Shown here: piece by piece, positions 62,426 through 63,383 of the stretch
Position numbering within the stretch: the first letter of the stretch is position 1
Layout: the number at the start of each line of letters is the position of its first letter
DNA from: Octopus bimaculoides
Taxonomy: Eukaryota
Length of the DNA: 63,383 nucleotides
Assembly: GCF_001194135.2 (NCBI RefSeq)
Contig: NC_068997.1
Span: 34,168,950 to 34,232,332, forward strand
Direction: 5' to 3'
Notes under the pieces: model-generated
The model's database searches: none
What the model saw: only the letters and a program-made list of their open reading frames with translations
What the model was told of the DNA's origin: nothing
Program-made: the position numbers and the translations under genes

Positions 62426-62958
62426 GTATTAATCCACTGGAAGTTATGTAGAAGGCTACGATTTGAACATACTGATAAATGGTATAAACATGAACCTAGT
62501 AAAGTACTAGAAAATATGAAATATAAAATCTTGTGGGACCTTAACATTCAGACTGACAGAATAATAGAAGCTAGAACGCATGGTTTAGCAGTGGTAGATA
62601 AAGAGAATAGAAAGCGGTAGATATTTGACTTTACAGTCCCAAATGATGACAAGGTCAATGCGAGACGTATCGGAAAAGTAGTGTAGTACGAGGACCTAGC
62701 CATTGAATTACAGAGACTACGGAAAATGCGGGCAAAACATATCCCAGTAGTTGCAGGTGGATTAGGAATTGTCCCTTAAGATTTGAAAAGATGGATAGAG
62801 GAAATAGACATAAAACTCACTTTAGTGCAGCTTCAGAAAACTGTTATTAGGGAGAGTTAGGATACTTAGGAGGGTACTTGGGATCTAAGATTATGTGTTG
62901 TAGCCCGATGTTAAGAATTTTTCTTTTTTTCCAACAGTCTAATCTGTTTTGTGTATAT
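62426..62958 (+). mobile_element. R4/Dong fam2 3' fragment
   Basis: KYKILWDLNIQTDRIIEA...IFDFTVP...YEDLAIEL...IPVVAGGLG; UTR matches 20997-21060. Confidence 0.85.
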
Positions 62959-62959
62959 A

Positions 62960-63021
<62 letters not shown>

Positions 63022-63122
63022 CAACAACAAGAACAAAAACAACAACAATAACAACAACAACAATAATAACAATAACAATATTAATAATAATAATAATAAT
63101 AATAATGATAATAATAATAATA
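62959..63122. repeat. (TAA)n/(CAA)n compound microsatellite spacer
   Basis: Direct read. Confidence 0.95.
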
Positions 63123-63383
63123 ATGCCCTGATGCAGTACAATGCCCTGATGCAGTACCAGGCAGTGGCTCTCATGGCTTCTGATCTTAATCGATTGGAAG
63201 TGTTATCATGTATATTGTTTTGTCTTGGTATAAAAGATGGGCTACAGCAAATATTCTGCTTAATACCACAGATTTGCTTGTCAGTTGTTTGACCTTAACC
63301 AGTTGAGCATGTCCCTAGGTGGCTGACGATATGTGCATCTCTGATCATGAGCAGAAGTAGTGGGGGAGCATCATAGCCATGTG
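63123..63383 (+). mobile_element. element C 5' part (runs off window)
   Basis: Starts after (TAA)n with ATGCCCTGATGCAGTAC; GGGCTACAGCAAATATTCTGC onward matches the minus-strand copies at 20.9 and 23.9 kb. Confidence 0.75.

Overview
This is repeat-saturated, non-genic animal DNA from a gapped draft scaffold. It is most likely an octopod cephalopod, inferred from the SINE families, the extreme microsatellite density and the abundance of R4/Dong elements. No host gene, rRNA, tRNA gene or CRISPR array can be supported; at most there is one weak candidate exon and one CRE/ETS motif cluster. The dominant structure is two long head-to-tail arrays (about 19.6-33.3 kb on the minus strand, about 51-63.4 kb on the plus strand) of decayed RLE-bearing R4/Dong-clade non-LTR retrotransposons from several families. 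Most copies are joined through (TAA)n microsatellites in a fixed polarity. The arrays also carry a non-coding ~570-bp element with the same polarity (candidate Dong-dependent non-autonomous element) and a tRNA-derived SINE in the opposite polarity. Other notable items: an R4-type element flanked on both sides by (CATA)n instead of (TAA)n; an HDV-ribozyme-like P3/L3 motif at the 5' end of the only full-length R4 copy; and an ORF1-only L1/Tx1-like element whose 3' end is shared with a SINE and with an adjacent L1/Tx1 ORF2 remnant. There are also remnants of mariner, maT (DD37D), hAT, Merlin, Helentron-type, RTE and MITE elements. All coding remnants are interrupted by stops or frameshifts. Family labels (fam1-8, SINE A/B/D, element C) are my working names from by-eye alignment, and boundaries are approximate unless a TSD/TIR is quoted.
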